A stretch of DNA of 64,000 nt from an uncultured delta proteobacterium (GCA_963729715.1 CAVSPA010000007.1:256001-320000); one strand, 5' to 3'. Shown: positions 1-10,610, numbered from the stretch's first letter. Notes: a model not told the origin generated them from the letters alone. A program made the numbers and translations.

Positions 1-375
1 GTATCAAAGGACGTCAGGAAGGAAATTTCTCGTGAAAAAACTATACCCATGCCTTCCGTTGCTTCCAGGAAAATGGAGTCTTCACCCGACCAGGCCGGCG
101 GCATTTTGGCGGACCGTCCCACTCAGAAGCCTTCTGCGCCTCCTCTACCTTTCAAGCACGAGGTGAAGCGCAAAGACAGTGCAAAGGAATTTGCCGCTCC
201 GGCTTTAAATGTCCCGCCTTCACAAGGTAAGGCTAAGGTCATCGGAAACAGTGACAGCAAGAGGTATCACCTGCCCGGCATGAAATACTACCATAAGGTA
301 AAGGCATATCATCAGGTGATATTCAATTCCGAGACGGAGGCTATAAAGGCGGGTTATATCAAGGCCCGGGAGTAA
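1..375 (+). CDS. Partial hypothetical protein with C-terminal Ada metal-binding-like small domain
   Basis: Frame open from the window edge; C-terminal IGNSDSKRYHLPG...F.SE.EA.KAGY motif. Confidence 0.6.
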   Translation, partial: VSKDVRKEISREKTIPMPSVASRKMESSPDQAGGILADRPTQKPSAPPLPFKHEVKRKDSAKEFAAPALNVPPSQGKAKVIGNSDSKRYHLPGMKYYHKVKAYHQVIFNSETEAIKAGYIKARE

Positions 376-482
376 ATCATTATCTATTCGAAGAACCAAT
401 AATCTGCTTCCCCAGAGATGCGGATAACCTCTTGGGCGTCCAAGAAACTGTCCCTGCAAGGAGGCGAGGGCATCTCTATCAA

Positions 483-1754
483 TCAGTTAACTTCCATGAA
501 CTTGCCGTCCTTCCACTCGCCGACGTATTTTTCGCCGGTGGGAAGCGTCAACGTCCCCTGTCCGTGATACTCGTCGTTTCTGAACTGACCCACATACTTT
601 GCGCCGTTGGCAAAGTTTATCGTCCCCTGTCCGTTTTTCTTGCCGCTCTTATATTGACCCACATATTGACCGTCCGGCCTGGTCATAGTTCCTTGTCCCT
701 GCAACATGCCACTTTCAAACTGGCCCACATATTCCCCGCCGTCAGGGTAGGTTATGGTCCCTTGCCCGTCAAAGAGACCGTTTTTCCACTGACCGACATA
801 CGTCCTGCCATCGGGAAATGAGGCGGACCCCTGTCCTTCCAGGACACCGTCCTTAAACTGGCCTGTGTATTTTCTTCCATCGGAAAAAGTCAGCACGCCC
901 TGCCCGTTCATTTTGTCATCCTTGAACTGGCCCTCGTAAGTTCTGCCGTCGGAGAATTTTATCATGCCCTTCCCGCTCATCGCGTCGTTCTTCCATTCAC
1001 AGACATACTCGGTGCCGTCGGGCAGCGTCAGAGTCCCGCGTCCATTCTTCTTGCCGTCTTTGAACTGCCCCACATATCTCTTGCCGCTGGGCTCGGTGAG
1101 AACGCCCTCTCCATTGATCTCGTTATCCTTGAATTGCCCTGTGTAGGATCTGCCGTCCTGAAGGGTCAGAACGCCCCTTCCCTCCCTCTTGTTATCTCTC
1201 CACTCACCGACATAGTGCATCCCGTCATCACCGGATATCGTCCCGTGCCCATGAAACAAATCATTCTTGAATTGCCCCACATAAGTCTTGCCGTCAGGAA
1301 AGGTCATAGTTCCTTGGCCGTTGAATTTGCCATTCTTGAACTGCCCGATGTATTTGACATTGTCCGGCAAGGCCATTGAGCCCTGGCCGTTAGGTTCGCC
1401 ATCCCTCCACTCACCAGTGTAATTTTTCCCGTTGGAAAAAATCATCGCCCCCTGCCCGCTGAACTCGCCGTTTCTGAATTGGCCGATATATTGTGCACCG
1501 TCCGGGAATGTCATTGTTCCCTGTCCGTCCATCTTGTTGCTCTTCCATTCACCGGAATAGCGCAAACCGCCGGGATAGCTCAGCGTTCCCTGTCCGTCCC
1601 ATTTTCCGTCTTTCCATTCCCCCACATAATTCATGCCGCCCGGATAGGTCATTGTACCCTGCCCGTCCATCATCATCTTCTTTTCCGGACTCATGCTTTT
1701 GGGAGATTTTTTTCCGGATAGCTTCGAAAAAAATTTGCTTAAAAAATGGGACAT
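483..1754 (-). CDS. MORN-repeat protein
   Basis: Many tandem 23-aa YxGQFKDGxxxGQGTxTFPDG repeats. Confidence 0.95.
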   Translation of the reverse strand: MSHFLSKFFSKLSGKKSPKSMSPEKKMMMDGQGTMTYPGGMNYVGEWKDGKWDGQGTLSYPGGLRYSGEWKSNKMDGQGTMTFPDGAQYIGQFRNGEFSGQGAMIFSNGKNYTGEWRDGEPNGQGSMALPDNVKYIGQFKNGKFNGQGTMTFPDGKTYVGQFKNDLFHGHGTISGDDGMHYVGEWRDNKREGRGVLTLQDGRSYTGQFKDNEINGEGVLTEPSGKRYVGQFKDGKKNGRGTLTLPDGTEYVCEWKNDAMSGKGMIKFSDGRTYEGQFKDDKMNGQGVLTFSDGRKYTGQFKDGVLEGQGSASFPDGRTYVGQWKNGLFDGQGTITYPDGGEYVGQFESGMLQGQGTMTRPDGQYVGQYKSGKKNGQGTINFANGAKYVGQFRNDEYHGQGTLTLPTGEKYVGEWKDGKFMEVN

Positions 1755-1949
1755 CTTTTTATCCTCGCTTTCGCGGATACGAAAAGATATCTTTCAGACA
1801 TTCTCACATCCAAACGAAGCTCAACGATTTATCTCTGACAGGAACTCTTCTTGCGCTTTTAGGAAGTCTACGGAAAAGTAGGTTGTGTGTCAAGGGGAAA
1901 TGACCGCGGCATCGAGTACGCGTCTTGGCTGCCTTAACGGCAATGCTTT

Positions 1950-2435
1950 TTAAGGCTTTCGGCTCTTGGTCTTTTTTTTGTAATACTCGAGAGCCTCTTC
2001 AATCAAAGCGACAAAATGTTTCTGGTCTCTTTTTGCGGCTTTGTACTGACTGACTGTCATCTGCTTCTTGTATTCCATGTAGAATTGGTCTACCAAGTCC
2101 CTGTATTCATCCTCCTTCTCTATGGGCTCGGCATGCCTTTTCAGGCGCTGCTGCATGCACATCAGGACGAACTTGATCCCGGATACGAACTGCAATTTTT
2201 TCATCGCCGGTGAATCCGCATTGACGTATTTGGGACACCAGTTGGCGGGATCGCATGGCAGAAGGAGCTCTTTTCTCGCGGGATGAGAGGGATCGGAATT
2301 CTTCGCACGATCAGGATGCCGGCAATATTCGAGGGGAGAGACGGCTTGCTCTCTATCATCAGTGCGATGGGGACTATGATACCAGCAGTTTATACAATTC
2401 TCTTCTGGTCTTCGGAACGCAAGAATCTTAGCCAT
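1950..2435 (-). CDS. Hypothetical protein with N-terminal Cys-rich (putative Zn-binding) segment
   Basis: GGAGG RBS; CINC...C...C...C pattern; directly follows the ACAD gene. Confidence 0.65.
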   Translation of the reverse strand: MAKILAFRRPEENCINCWYHSPHRTDDREQAVSPLEYCRHPDRAKNSDPSHPARKELLLPCDPANWCPKYVNADSPAMKKLQFVSGIKFVLMCMQQRLKRHAEPIEKEDEYRDLVDQFYMEYKKQMTVSQYKAAKRDQKHFVALIEEALEYYKKKTKSRKP

Positions 2436-2446
2436 GGCCCTCCCGT

Positions 2447-3598
2447 CTATCTCGCACTCAATATCTCTCTTGCTATGATGAGCCGTTGAATCTCGGACGT
2501 CCCTCCGCCGATGGTCTGCAATTTCGCATCGCGCATCATCCGCTCCACGGGAAATTCTTTCATGTACCCATAGCCGCCCAGAATCTGTACCGCTTCCGAT
2601 GTGACCTTCATGGCAACTTCCGATGTGAAGAGCTTCGCATAAGCCGCAATCAGGTTCAGTTCCCGCTGGAGACCCCGATCCGCCATGATGGCCCCCTGGT
2701 ATGTGATCAGCCTGGAGAGTTCAATTCCCATCGACATATCGGCGAGTTTGCCCTGGATCAGCTGAAAAGCGGCGATGGGCTTGCCAAACTGAATTCTTTC
2801 TTTAGCATACTTGAGGGCACATGCGAAAGCCCCCCGGGAAATGCCGAGGGACAGGGCGCCGAGGAGAATCCTTTCCGTGTTGAGTCCGCTCATGAGAACG
2901 TCAACCCCCTTATTCTCCTCTCCCAACAGATTTTCCGCAGGCACCCGGCAATCCGCGAAAACCAGCTCCCCCGTGGGTGACCCCCGCCAGCCCATCTTCT
3001 CAAATTTCTTTCCTCGCGAAAAACCAGGGAATTCCTTCTCAACGATAAATGCCGAGACGCCGTGTGCTCCCTTTTCCGGCGATGTCTTTGCGTAAATCAC
3101 GAAGACATCCCCCACCGGCCCGTTGCTGATGAAAATCTTCGCTCCGTTCAAGATGAAAGAATCGCCCCTTCTCTCCGCCCGCAGCTTCATGGAAAGGACA
3201 TCGGATCCGGAAGACGGCTCCGTCATGGCAAGACCGCCGATCCTGCTCCCGTCACACAGGGGTGGCAGATATCTTTTCTTCTGTGCATGATTGGCGTTAC
3301 GGCGGATATTATCGACGCACAGATCCGAGTGAGCCCCCCAGGTCGCAGAAGTGGAACAGCACACTACACCGAGTTCCTCGCCGACAATGCACATCTCCGT
3401 GTAGCCGGCTCCTGCGCCGCCATATTCGGCGGGAACGGTAACACCCAACAAACCCATCTCGGCCAGCCTCTTGAAGCTTTCGGTGGGGAATCTTTCATCC
3501 CTATCTATTTCATAAGCGAGGGGCGCTACTTCTTTTTCCGCGAATGTCTTAACACTCTCGCGAAGCATTTTTTGCTCTTCCGTAAATTCCAGATACAT
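2447..3598 (-). CDS. Acyl-CoA dehydrogenase, isovaleryl-CoA DH-like
   Basis: AMTEPSSGSD, GLNTER (IVD-type Glu), GGYGY, IGGGTSEIQR; start moved to ATG 3598 with GGAGGA RBS. Confidence 0.93.
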   Translation of the reverse strand: MYLEFTEEQKMLRESVKTFAEKEVAPLAYEIDRDERFPTESFKRLAEMGLLGVTVPAEYGGAGAGYTEMCIVGEELGVVCCSTSATWGAHSDLCVDNIRRNANHAQKKRYLPPLCDGSRIGGLAMTEPSSGSDVLSMKLRAERRGDSFILNGAKIFISNGPVGDVFVIYAKTSPEKGAHGVSAFIVEKEFPGFSRGKKFEKMGWRGSPTGELVFADCRVPAENLLGEENKGVDVLMSGLNTERILLGALSLGISRGAFACALKYAKERIQFGKPIAAFQLIQGKLADMSMGIELSRLITYQGAIMADRGLQRELNLIAAYAKLFTSEVAMKVTSEAVQILGGYGYMKEFPVERMMRDAKLQTIGGGTSEIQRLIIAREILSAR

Positions 3599-3635
3599 AT
3601 TTCCTCCGTGCCCACAGACCTTATGAGGTAGAAGC

Positions 3636-3675
3636 AAAAGAAAGAGGCATCCGCCAGTGGATGCCTCTTTCTTTT
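3636..3675. terminator. Intrinsic terminator-like hairpin (bidirectional)
   Basis: AAAAGAAAGAGGCATCC-N6-GGATGCCTCTTTCTTTT. Confidence 0.7.
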
Positions 3676-3682
3676 TTAAAAA

Positions 3683-5014
3683 CTAAAAAATCTTCTTCTT
3701 TATCAGTCCCCGCTCGCGGCCGGCCTTTTCCAGCTCTTCCCGGAATTTCGGGTGGGCGATCTTGATCAGTTCCACCGCCCGTTCCGGCTCCGACCTACCG
3801 TAGAGATCCGCAGCGCCGTATTCCGTGACCACGTATCCCGTATAATGGCGGGGCACAGTGACTCGCGCACCCTGTGCAATATAGGGAACGATTCTCGATA
3901 CGGTGTCGTTCATGGTCGTGGCAGGCACCAGATTGATCGCGCGGCCGCCCTTGGACCAGAAGGCGCCGATGACGAAGTCGAGCTGGCCGCCGGTCCCCGA
4001 TCTCATGATATTGCCGACGGACTCCGAGACAACCTGACCGGTGAGGTCCACTTCGATGGACCCGTTGATGGCCACGATGTTGTCCTCCTGTGCGATCACG
4101 GGGATGTAATTGGCATAGGAGGTCGGACGGAACTCGCACATGGGGTTGTTCGCTATCCAGTCATAGAGTTCCTTGTCACCCAGGGTAAAGGCCAGAACGA
4201 TCTTGCCGGGATTGACCTTTTTGTACTTGCAGGTGACAACGCCTTTTTCAACAAGCTTGTGGGTCCCGGCTGGCATCATCTCCGTATGTATGCCCATGTC
4301 TTTAAGTCCCGAATTTTCAAGAAGCTTGCTGATCATGGCCGGGACCGCGCCGATCCCTACCTGAATACAGTCCCTGTCCCTCAGGAGAGCCACCACGTTT
4401 TCGGCCATTTTAACCTCAAGGTCGGTGGCCGGGGGCGTGGGAACGGCGATAATGGGGTTGGGATTCTCGACGAAAGCGGTGAATCTCGAGACGTGAAAGT
4501 TCGTCTGGCCGTAGGTTCTCGGCATATTGGGATTTACTTCCCCTATTATCCACTCGCTCTGGTCCATAACGGCTTCTGTATAAAAGGTGTCCAGGCCAAG
4601 ATTGACGTAGCCGTGTTCGTCCGGAGGTGTGACCTGGGTGACGATGCCGGTCCGTCGTTTGTAAACGCGTTTTCTGTGCGCGTATTTTCGCCCGGCGTCG
4701 GAACTCTGGTATGGGATAAAGTTCGCCCATTCCGAGGCGGCCATCTGCTGCATATGCGGGGTGCTGTAAAATCCACTGAGGAATGTGAATGTATCCCTGT
4801 ATTCCGGCTTAAAAAGTTTGTAAGGTCTCAGGGTCAGGCACGTGATCCACTCCACATCTTTGAGTTCATCTTTCCTGTCTGCAATGGCGTCCGGAATAAG
4901 CATGGACGGCTGCCCCATCAGCAGCGGGAACCAGAAACAATCTCCTGACTGAAGGATCTTCGCGGCATCCTGCGCCGACATTACTCGACTCTTATAGTAG
5001 TCCCGCCAACTCAT
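3683..5014 (-). CDS. Acetyl-CoA hydrolase/transferase family (4-hydroxybutyrate CoA-transferase-like)
   Basis: IQVGIG, GIHTEM, SGTGGQLDF, VVTEYG, IAHPKFREEL motifs. Confidence 0.92.
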   Translation of the reverse strand: MSWRDYYKSRVMSAQDAAKILQSGDCFWFPLLMGQPSMLIPDAIADRKDELKDVEWITCLTLRPYKLFKPEYRDTFTFLSGFYSTPHMQQMAASEWANFIPYQSSDAGRKYAHRKRVYKRRTGIVTQVTPPDEHGYVNLGLDTFYTEAVMDQSEWIIGEVNPNMPRTYGQTNFHVSRFTAFVENPNPIIAVPTPPATDLEVKMAENVVALLRDRDCIQVGIGAVPAMISKLLENSGLKDMGIHTEMMPAGTHKLVEKGVVTCKYKKVNPGKIVLAFTLGDKELYDWIANNPMCEFRPTSYANYIPVIAQEDNIVAINGSIEVDLTGQVVSESVGNIMRSGTGGQLDFVIGAFWSKGGRAINLVPATTMNDTVSRIVPYIAQGARVTVPRHYTGYVVTEYGAADLYGRSEPERAVELIKIAHPKFREELEKAGRERGLIKKKIF

Positions 5015-5174
5015 AATATTCCCCCTCTTTTCTCTATTACTATGTTTCGGTAAGGTTTCTTCTTATCCTGTTCTGCCGTCTCGGACCGACCTTTACGCAA
5101 TCACCACCTTTCTTACAATTTTTCTTCATGCACATACATGCTGTCGCCTGAAAAAGTAGGAAAGGCCGTCTTTC

Positions 5175-5639
5175 CTAAAGAGGCCTAAAGTACTTGATGT
5201 CCATTATGTGTCCTTTTCTGTCATCGTTCCAGACTGCCTCCACCTTCATCCCGCTCTTTATTGTTTTTTTGACCTCATCGAAATTGTTGAGATCGAAACC
5301 TCCCATGAGATGGAGGAAATTTACGTCCGTTCCGTTCAGCCTGATGAGCGACCCGATAAAGGGAGGTTCTGTGGGCATCCCGAAGTATTTATAATTTGTG
5401 TAGCACCAGGCAATTAACGTCCCTACCTGGGATACCTCCACCCACTCTTCCGCATCAACAAAGCAGCGCGGGCAAAAACTACGGGCCGGAACGAGGATAC
5501 GTCCACACTTGGTGCACTTCGTTCCATAGATGGTCTTATTCTTGAGACCTTCGAAAAAGCGTGTCCACGTGGCGCCGTATGCGAGTTCATACGGCAGGCG
5601 GATTTCTGTCTTGATCGTCTTGTATTCTTTCGCTTCCAT
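5175..5639 (-). CDS. Zn-ribbon/OB-fold DUF35 thiolase partner protein
   Basis: CxxC...CxxC followed by OB-fold; adjacent to thiolases. Confidence 0.9.
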   Translation of the reverse strand: MEAKEYKTIKTEIRLPYELAYGATWTRFFEGLKNKTIYGTKCTKCGRILVPARSFCPRCFVDAEEWVEVSQVGTLIAWCYTNYKYFGMPTEPPFIGSLIRLNGTDVNFLHLMGGFDLNNFDEVKKTIKSGMKVEAVWNDDRKGHIMDIKYFRPL

Positions 5640-5656
5640 ATCTTCCTCCATATTTC

Positions 5657-6823
5657 CTATAGCTTTGATCCGAGAATCATAATACCGTTGAATTGATCCA
5701 CGCCGCCCATCGCGTGGGAGAGCGCGAGTTTCGCCCTGGGGACCTGATGATCACCGGCCTTGCCCGTCACCTGCAGGGCCGCTTCTGCAACCCGGATGAG
5801 ACCCGTCGCCCCGATAGGGTTCGTGCATAAAGTACCGCCGGAAGGATCGCAGGAGAGCTCCCCTTTCCTTGTAAAGGTTCCTTTCAGCACCATGTCCGGT
5901 GACTCTCCTGGTTCGCAGAACCCGAAGCATTCGTAGAAAAGCATTTCTTGAAAGGTAAATGGATTGTAGACCTCTGCCACGTCCAGTTCCTTGCGCGGGT
6001 TTTTTATTCCTGCCTGGTCATAGGCCTGCTTTGCCGCCTGAATCGCGCTTTCCCAGACCACCTTGTCACTGTCGCCGAAGAAATACTCTTCACCACGGTA
6101 TCCGACACCTTTGATCCACGCCGGCTTTCGCCCGAGTTTCTTCACCATGTCCCTGGAGGCGAAAATGACCGCGCAGGCGCCATCCGAGTTTGGGCACACA
6201 TCAAGGAGACGCACCGGATAGGTGATGATCCGCGCATTTTTCACATCGTCCATGGTGACCTTCATCTTGATGTGGGCATAAGGATTGTCAAAGGCGTCGT
6301 CATGATGTGTAACCGATATGAAGGCGGCGGCGTCTCGTATTTTCTCTTCCGGTATATTATAGCGGTCCATCCACATCTGTGACTGCATGGAAAAGACGCC
6401 CGGCGCGCCCGATATAAAATACCTCTGATAGAATGGCTCGGCCACCGTCGTCATGGTTGCCTGGCTGTTCCCCTCGTTCATCTTTTCATGACCCACGGCG
6501 AGGACAAGATCGGCCATGCCTGATGCGACCCAGTAGTAGGCCGTATGAGCGATGGAGACACCTGTCGATCCGCATGTCTCCGTTTTCATGATCGGCTTTC
6601 CCGCGGCCTGCATCGCATCGGCAAAATAGAAATGGGTCAGGGCAATCCCCTCCATCATGGAAGGCATGGTGCCCGAAACAACTCCATCTATGTCATTTGG
6701 CGTCAGTCCCGTTTCATTGAACACAGCCACGACGGCTTCTCTCACGAGGTCCGGATAACTGACGTCCATTCTTCTTCCGTGTTTCGTCTGTCCTACACCT
6801 ATTATGGCTACTGGTCGTCCCAT
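5657..6823 (-). CDS. SCP2-type thiolase-family protein (Ltp3-like)
   Basis: Thiolase fold; TETCGSTG, DGACA, NPIGATG, SHAMGG. Confidence 0.88.
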   Translation of the reverse strand: MGRPVAIIGVGQTKHGRRMDVSYPDLVREAVVAVFNETGLTPNDIDGVVSGTMPSMMEGIALTHFYFADAMQAAGKPIMKTETCGSTGVSIAHTAYYWVASGMADLVLAVGHEKMNEGNSQATMTTVAEPFYQRYFISGAPGVFSMQSQMWMDRYNIPEEKIRDAAAFISVTHHDDAFDNPYAHIKMKVTMDDVKNARIITYPVRLLDVCPNSDGACAVIFASRDMVKKLGRKPAWIKGVGYRGEEYFFGDSDKVVWESAIQAAKQAYDQAGIKNPRKELDVAEVYNPFTFQEMLFYECFGFCEPGESPDMVLKGTFTRKGELSCDPSGGTLCTNPIGATGLIRVAEAALQVTGKAGDHQVPRAKLALSHAMGGVDQFNGIMILGSKL

Positions 6824-6835
6824 ATGCTCCACCCC

Positions 6836-7978
6836 CTATCTGCCCAAAATGGCCACGGCGTGACACTGGCCGGAATAGCCGTGAGTACCGTGCGCTAAGG
6901 CCGTCTTTACAGTCTTGGGAACCTGCCTCTCTCCGGCCTCGCCTCTGATTTGCAGAACAGCCTCCACGGCGCGCTGGAGCCCTCTCGACACATAGGGATT
7001 ATTGGCCAGGACGCCGCCGGAGGGATTGACGGGAATCTGCCCGTTCATCTCCGTGAAGCCGCTGTCCATCAGACGACCGCCCTCTCCTTCTTTGCAAAAT
7101 CCCAATCCTTCGTACCACAGCAGTTCCTGGAAGGCGTAAGGCTCCGTGATTTCCGCCACGTCGATCTTTTTCTCCGGATCGGTAATCCCGGCCATCCTGT
7201 AGGCCCTGTCTGCGGCATTCTTCAATTGCCCGTTCAAGAGGTCGCGGTCACCGACATAATAATTATCGAGAGAGCTTCCGAAACCCTTAAGCCATACGGG
7301 TTTGTCAGCTATTTCTTTTGCCTTTTTCGCCGAGGCGAGAATGAGCGCTACCATTCCCTCGGATTTCGGCGCTATCTGAAGAGCGGTCAGAGGATCGATC
7401 AGCCTTTCCGATCCCAGAATGTCATCGACCGTATAGCGCCCCTTCTTATGCGCGTATGGGTTTCTCAGGCCGTTTCCGAGATTCTTTACAGCCACCTTGG
7501 CGCACTGCTCTTCTGTGATGCCGTATCGTTCCATGTACAGCCTCATCTGCAAGGCCGCCGCCATCGTCTCCGTCAGTCCGACGCCTCTTTGATAGAAGGG
7601 ATCAGCATACATGAGCGTGCATGTATCGTTGGGAGGGTTTTCGGATCCCTTGCAGAGGCCGATGACCAGGGCCGTATCATAATGCCCGGTCATAATCCGC
7701 ATCGCGCCGTAAAACAGGGCGAAAAGGGATTCTCCGTCTTGACGTGAGGCGTTCTTCAGGAAGGCGCCCGTTGTTTCCCAATAGTAAGAATTGGCGCAGG
7801 AGATGCCCCCGTGGAAGACGTCGGATGACGCACTGACGACAGTGCCGATCTCGTCCCTCGTCATTCCCGCCTTATCCAAGACCTCCTTCGTGACCGCGTA
7901 GGCCTGGTCATAGAAGTTGTCTTTTGATTCGGCTCCGGCATTCTGCGCAACCGCTACAATAGCAACCTGTTTCGCCAT
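6836..7978 (-). CDS. Thiolase-family protein lacking the canonical nucleophile Cys (Ltp4-like)
   Basis: Thiolase fold; RQDGESL at the usual Cys position; PVNPSGG. Confidence 0.85.
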   Translation of the reverse strand: MAKQVAIVAVAQNAGAESKDNFYDQAYAVTKEVLDKAGMTRDEIGTVVSASSDVFHGGISCANSYYWETTGAFLKNASRQDGESLFALFYGAMRIMTGHYDTALVIGLCKGSENPPNDTCTLMYADPFYQRGVGLTETMAAALQMRLYMERYGITEEQCAKVAVKNLGNGLRNPYAHKKGRYTVDDILGSERLIDPLTALQIAPKSEGMVALILASAKKAKEIADKPVWLKGFGSSLDNYYVGDRDLLNGQLKNAADRAYRMAGITDPEKKIDVAEITEPYAFQELLWYEGLGFCKEGEGGRLMDSGFTEMNGQIPVNPSGGVLANNPYVSRGLQRAVEAVLQIRGEAGERQVPKTVKTALAHGTHGYSGQCHAVAILGR

Positions 7979-8002
7979 ACCTTCATGTCCTTTCTCTCTA
8001 TT

Positions 8003-8455
8003 TTATGATTTTCTTCCCACCAAGATCTTGGTGGTGTAAACAATAACATCTTCGTTGCGTTGATTCTTGATGATGTTTTCCGCCTCGACGATCCCCCTCT
8101 CTGCATCTTTCTCCGTGAGACTTTTTATCTTCACTTCGCAATGAATGGTATCGCCGATCTTCACGGGCCCTGTAAAGCGTACGTTCTCCATGCCGTAAAA
8201 TGCAATAAAGCTCTTCGCCAGAACCACATAAGGCCCCAGGCGGAAAGGCAAGGCCATGCCGACAACGAGCCCCAACATACCGTGGGCGATCCTCTCCTTG
8301 AAGGGCGTCTTTGCCGCGTATTCCACATCGGTGTGCAGGGGATGCCAGTCTCCGGTGAAGGCGGAAAACATGACGATGTCCGTTTCCGTGATCGTCCTTC
8401 CCGGTGATACAAATACCTCACCTACTCTGTAGTCCTCAAAATAATTTTTTTCCAC
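8003..8455 (-). CDS. MaoC-family (R)-hydratase/dehydratase
   Basis: FTGDWHPLHTD and IAHGML hot-dog motifs; GTG start with GGAGGT RBS. Confidence 0.92.
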   Translation of the reverse strand: MEKNYFEDYRVGEVFVSPGRTITETDIVMFSAFTGDWHPLHTDVEYAAKTPFKERIAHGMLGLVVGMALPFRLGPYVVLAKSFIAFYGMENVRFTGPVKIGDTIHCEVKIKSLTEKDAERGIVEAENIIKNQRNEDVIVYTTKILVGRKS

Positions 8456-8499
8456 GGACGCACCTCCCTGTTCCCTTCTTGAAACTAAAACAGCCGGTC

Positions 8500-9666
8500 T
8501 CACATGCCTAAAATTTCCCGCGCCACAATCAGCCTTCTGATCTCGGATGTTCCCGCCCCGATGGTCCCGAGCTTTGCATCACGCCAGAACCGCTGCACCG
8601 GATACTCTAGGCAATACCCGTATCCTCCATGAATCTGAACGGCCTCCTCGCAGACCCGGCAGGCCATCTCGGCCGTGTACAAAATAGCGGCAGCGGAAAT
8701 CTGATGGACTTCCGTCCCCTTTCCACCCTTCTTTACCGAATCGGCGAGAATCGCCGCTTTGTAACAGAGCAGGCGCGCGGCCTCGATCCCCGTATACATA
8801 TCCGCGAGCTTCTGCTGTATCATCTGAAACGACGCAATCGGTTTCCCGAACTGCACCCTTTCCTTTGCGTATTTAATCGATTCCGCAAAGGCGGCCTCCG
8901 CAATGCCCAAGGCATAGGTGCCGAAAAATGCCCGCTCCACATCCAATCCCCCCATCATCACTGCAATGCCCTTATTCTCCTGGCCGATGATATTTTCCGC
9001 AGGAATGATGCAATCCTGAAATATTAGCTCGCCTGTGGCCGATCCCCGATTGCCGACCTTGTTCAATTTCTTGGAGACGGAAAATCCGGGAAATTTCGTA
9101 TCCAGGATAAATGCCGTGATCCCCTTGGCGCCGGATCCTTTATCGGTCTTCGTATAGAGCACGATGGTATCAGCGATGGGTCCATTGGTGATAAACATCT
9201 TGGTTCCATTCACTACGTAATGATCCCCGTTTCGTCGCGCCGTCGTCTGAATATTCACCGCATCGGAACCGGCATTGGGCTCCGTCAGTCCCAGAGCGCC
9301 GATGCGCTGACCCGTACAAAGAGGAGGTAGGTACTTTCTCTTTTGTTCGTCGCTGGCATGGTTGTTCAGGTTATTGCAGCACAGGTTCGCATGGGCGCCC
9401 CAGGACAGAGCGACTGCAGCGGAGACCTTCGCCAATTCTTCACAGGCCAAAGCGGCCGATAAGATATCGGCGCCAGCCCCTCCATAGAGAGGGTCTACCG
9501 TAATTCCCATAATCCCCAAATCACCGAGCTTCAGCCATAGCCCTTCCGGCCAGTGGTCATCACGGTCGATCTCTTCGGCAATGGGTTTCAACTCCTTCTC
9601 CGCAAAATTGGCAATGCTGTCCCTCAACATCCGATGCTCATCACTGAGATCAAAATTCATCCTCAT
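8500..9666 (-). CDS. Acyl-CoA dehydrogenase, isovaleryl-CoA DH-like
   Basis: LTEPNAGSD, GLDVER, HGGYGY, IGAGTSEIRR. Confidence 0.93.
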   Translation of the reverse strand: MRMNFDLSDEHRMLRDSIANFAEKELKPIAEEIDRDDHWPEGLWLKLGDLGIMGITVDPLYGGAGADILSAALACEELAKVSAAVALSWGAHANLCCNNLNNHASDEQKRKYLPPLCTGQRIGALGLTEPNAGSDAVNIQTTARRNGDHYVVNGTKMFITNGPIADTIVLYTKTDKGSGAKGITAFILDTKFPGFSVSKKLNKVGNRGSATGELIFQDCIIPAENIIGQENKGIAVMMGGLDVERAFFGTYALGIAEAAFAESIKYAKERVQFGKPIASFQMIQQKLADMYTGIEAARLLCYKAAILADSVKKGGKGTEVHQISAAAILYTAEMACRVCEEAVQIHGGYGYCLEYPVQRFWRDAKLGTIGAGTSEIRRLIVAREILGM

Positions 9667-9969
9667 CCTCCCATTTTTATGATTAAAGATTAAGTACCGG
9701 CAAAAAAATTATCTTCAGGCATTTCACAGAATCGAGGCAAGTAACGCGCTCACAAGCTGCACCGTACCCGGATTGATATCCAACGCTTTGATATTCGCGA
9801 TTTTTATGGCCATAACGAAGGCGACTGGCTTTCTTATTTGGAAGTTCCTGATAATTAGACGCCACGGTTTGACTTTCAAAACAAACTGAAGTATAAGTCT
9901 CAGGCGATGTGTTAAGGGTTGTTAACGAGCAATTATCCCGCATCGAGACGAGATATTAAGAATCGGATG

Positions 9970-9988
9970 GTAAGTAACGTTTACTTAC
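9970..9988. promoter_or_regulatory. Palindromic operator candidate in divergent intergenic region
   Basis: GTAAGTAA-cgt-TTACTTAC immediately before a TTGACG -35-like hexamer. Confidence 0.45.
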
Positions 9989-10610
9989 TTGACGTTTCTT
10001 GATAGTACATACGCGGCAAATTGTCAAGTCGTTTCTGAAATAATTTGCTTCCATTATGCCTTGCTTATCGCAAGATGAGGACGCGGTCGGCACAGGATAC
10101 ACCTCTATTAAAAAGAGGGGCCTTCTCGCCAGAAGTATGAGCGTGCTTATGATCATTGTCGGATGCCTCCCCATGGAGGCGGCCTGTTCAAAGAAGAATG
10201 AGGGCACCGTCGAGATGTCGAGGAAGCTTACATCCCTAGTATTTGCCAAACAGTGATAATGGTTCTCTCGTGAATGCCGGGGAATGTCTCCCGGCGGGTA
10301 AAGCAGTAGCGAACCCGGATAATATCCTTTGGTCCGCCTTAATTGAGGGGAATAATCAGAAAATCGCTTTTACCGTCCGACTTCATGACCGTCCCTTGGA
10401 ATTTATGAAACCTCAAATCATCGGGGAAAAAAATATACCATCCCGCAGGCTGTGTCAAATCCTAATTCCTGCCGTTGCAGGAAAAAATTCAATCCCACCT
10501 CTACATGGCCAATTGTATAGGACACCTGCCCCGGTGCACTCCGCGCACGCAAGCGGGTGTGAAAACGAACTCTTAACAAGTGCATCACATCTGACGAAAG
10601 GAGAAGCCAC

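Noticed and set aside
483..1754. Nucleotide periodicity as a DNA repeat array
   Set aside because: Explained by MORN protein repeats
3752..4948. Long antisense ORFs (also 12502-13560, 28547-29689, 61337-62074)
   Set aside because: Shadows of well-supported genes on the opposite strand
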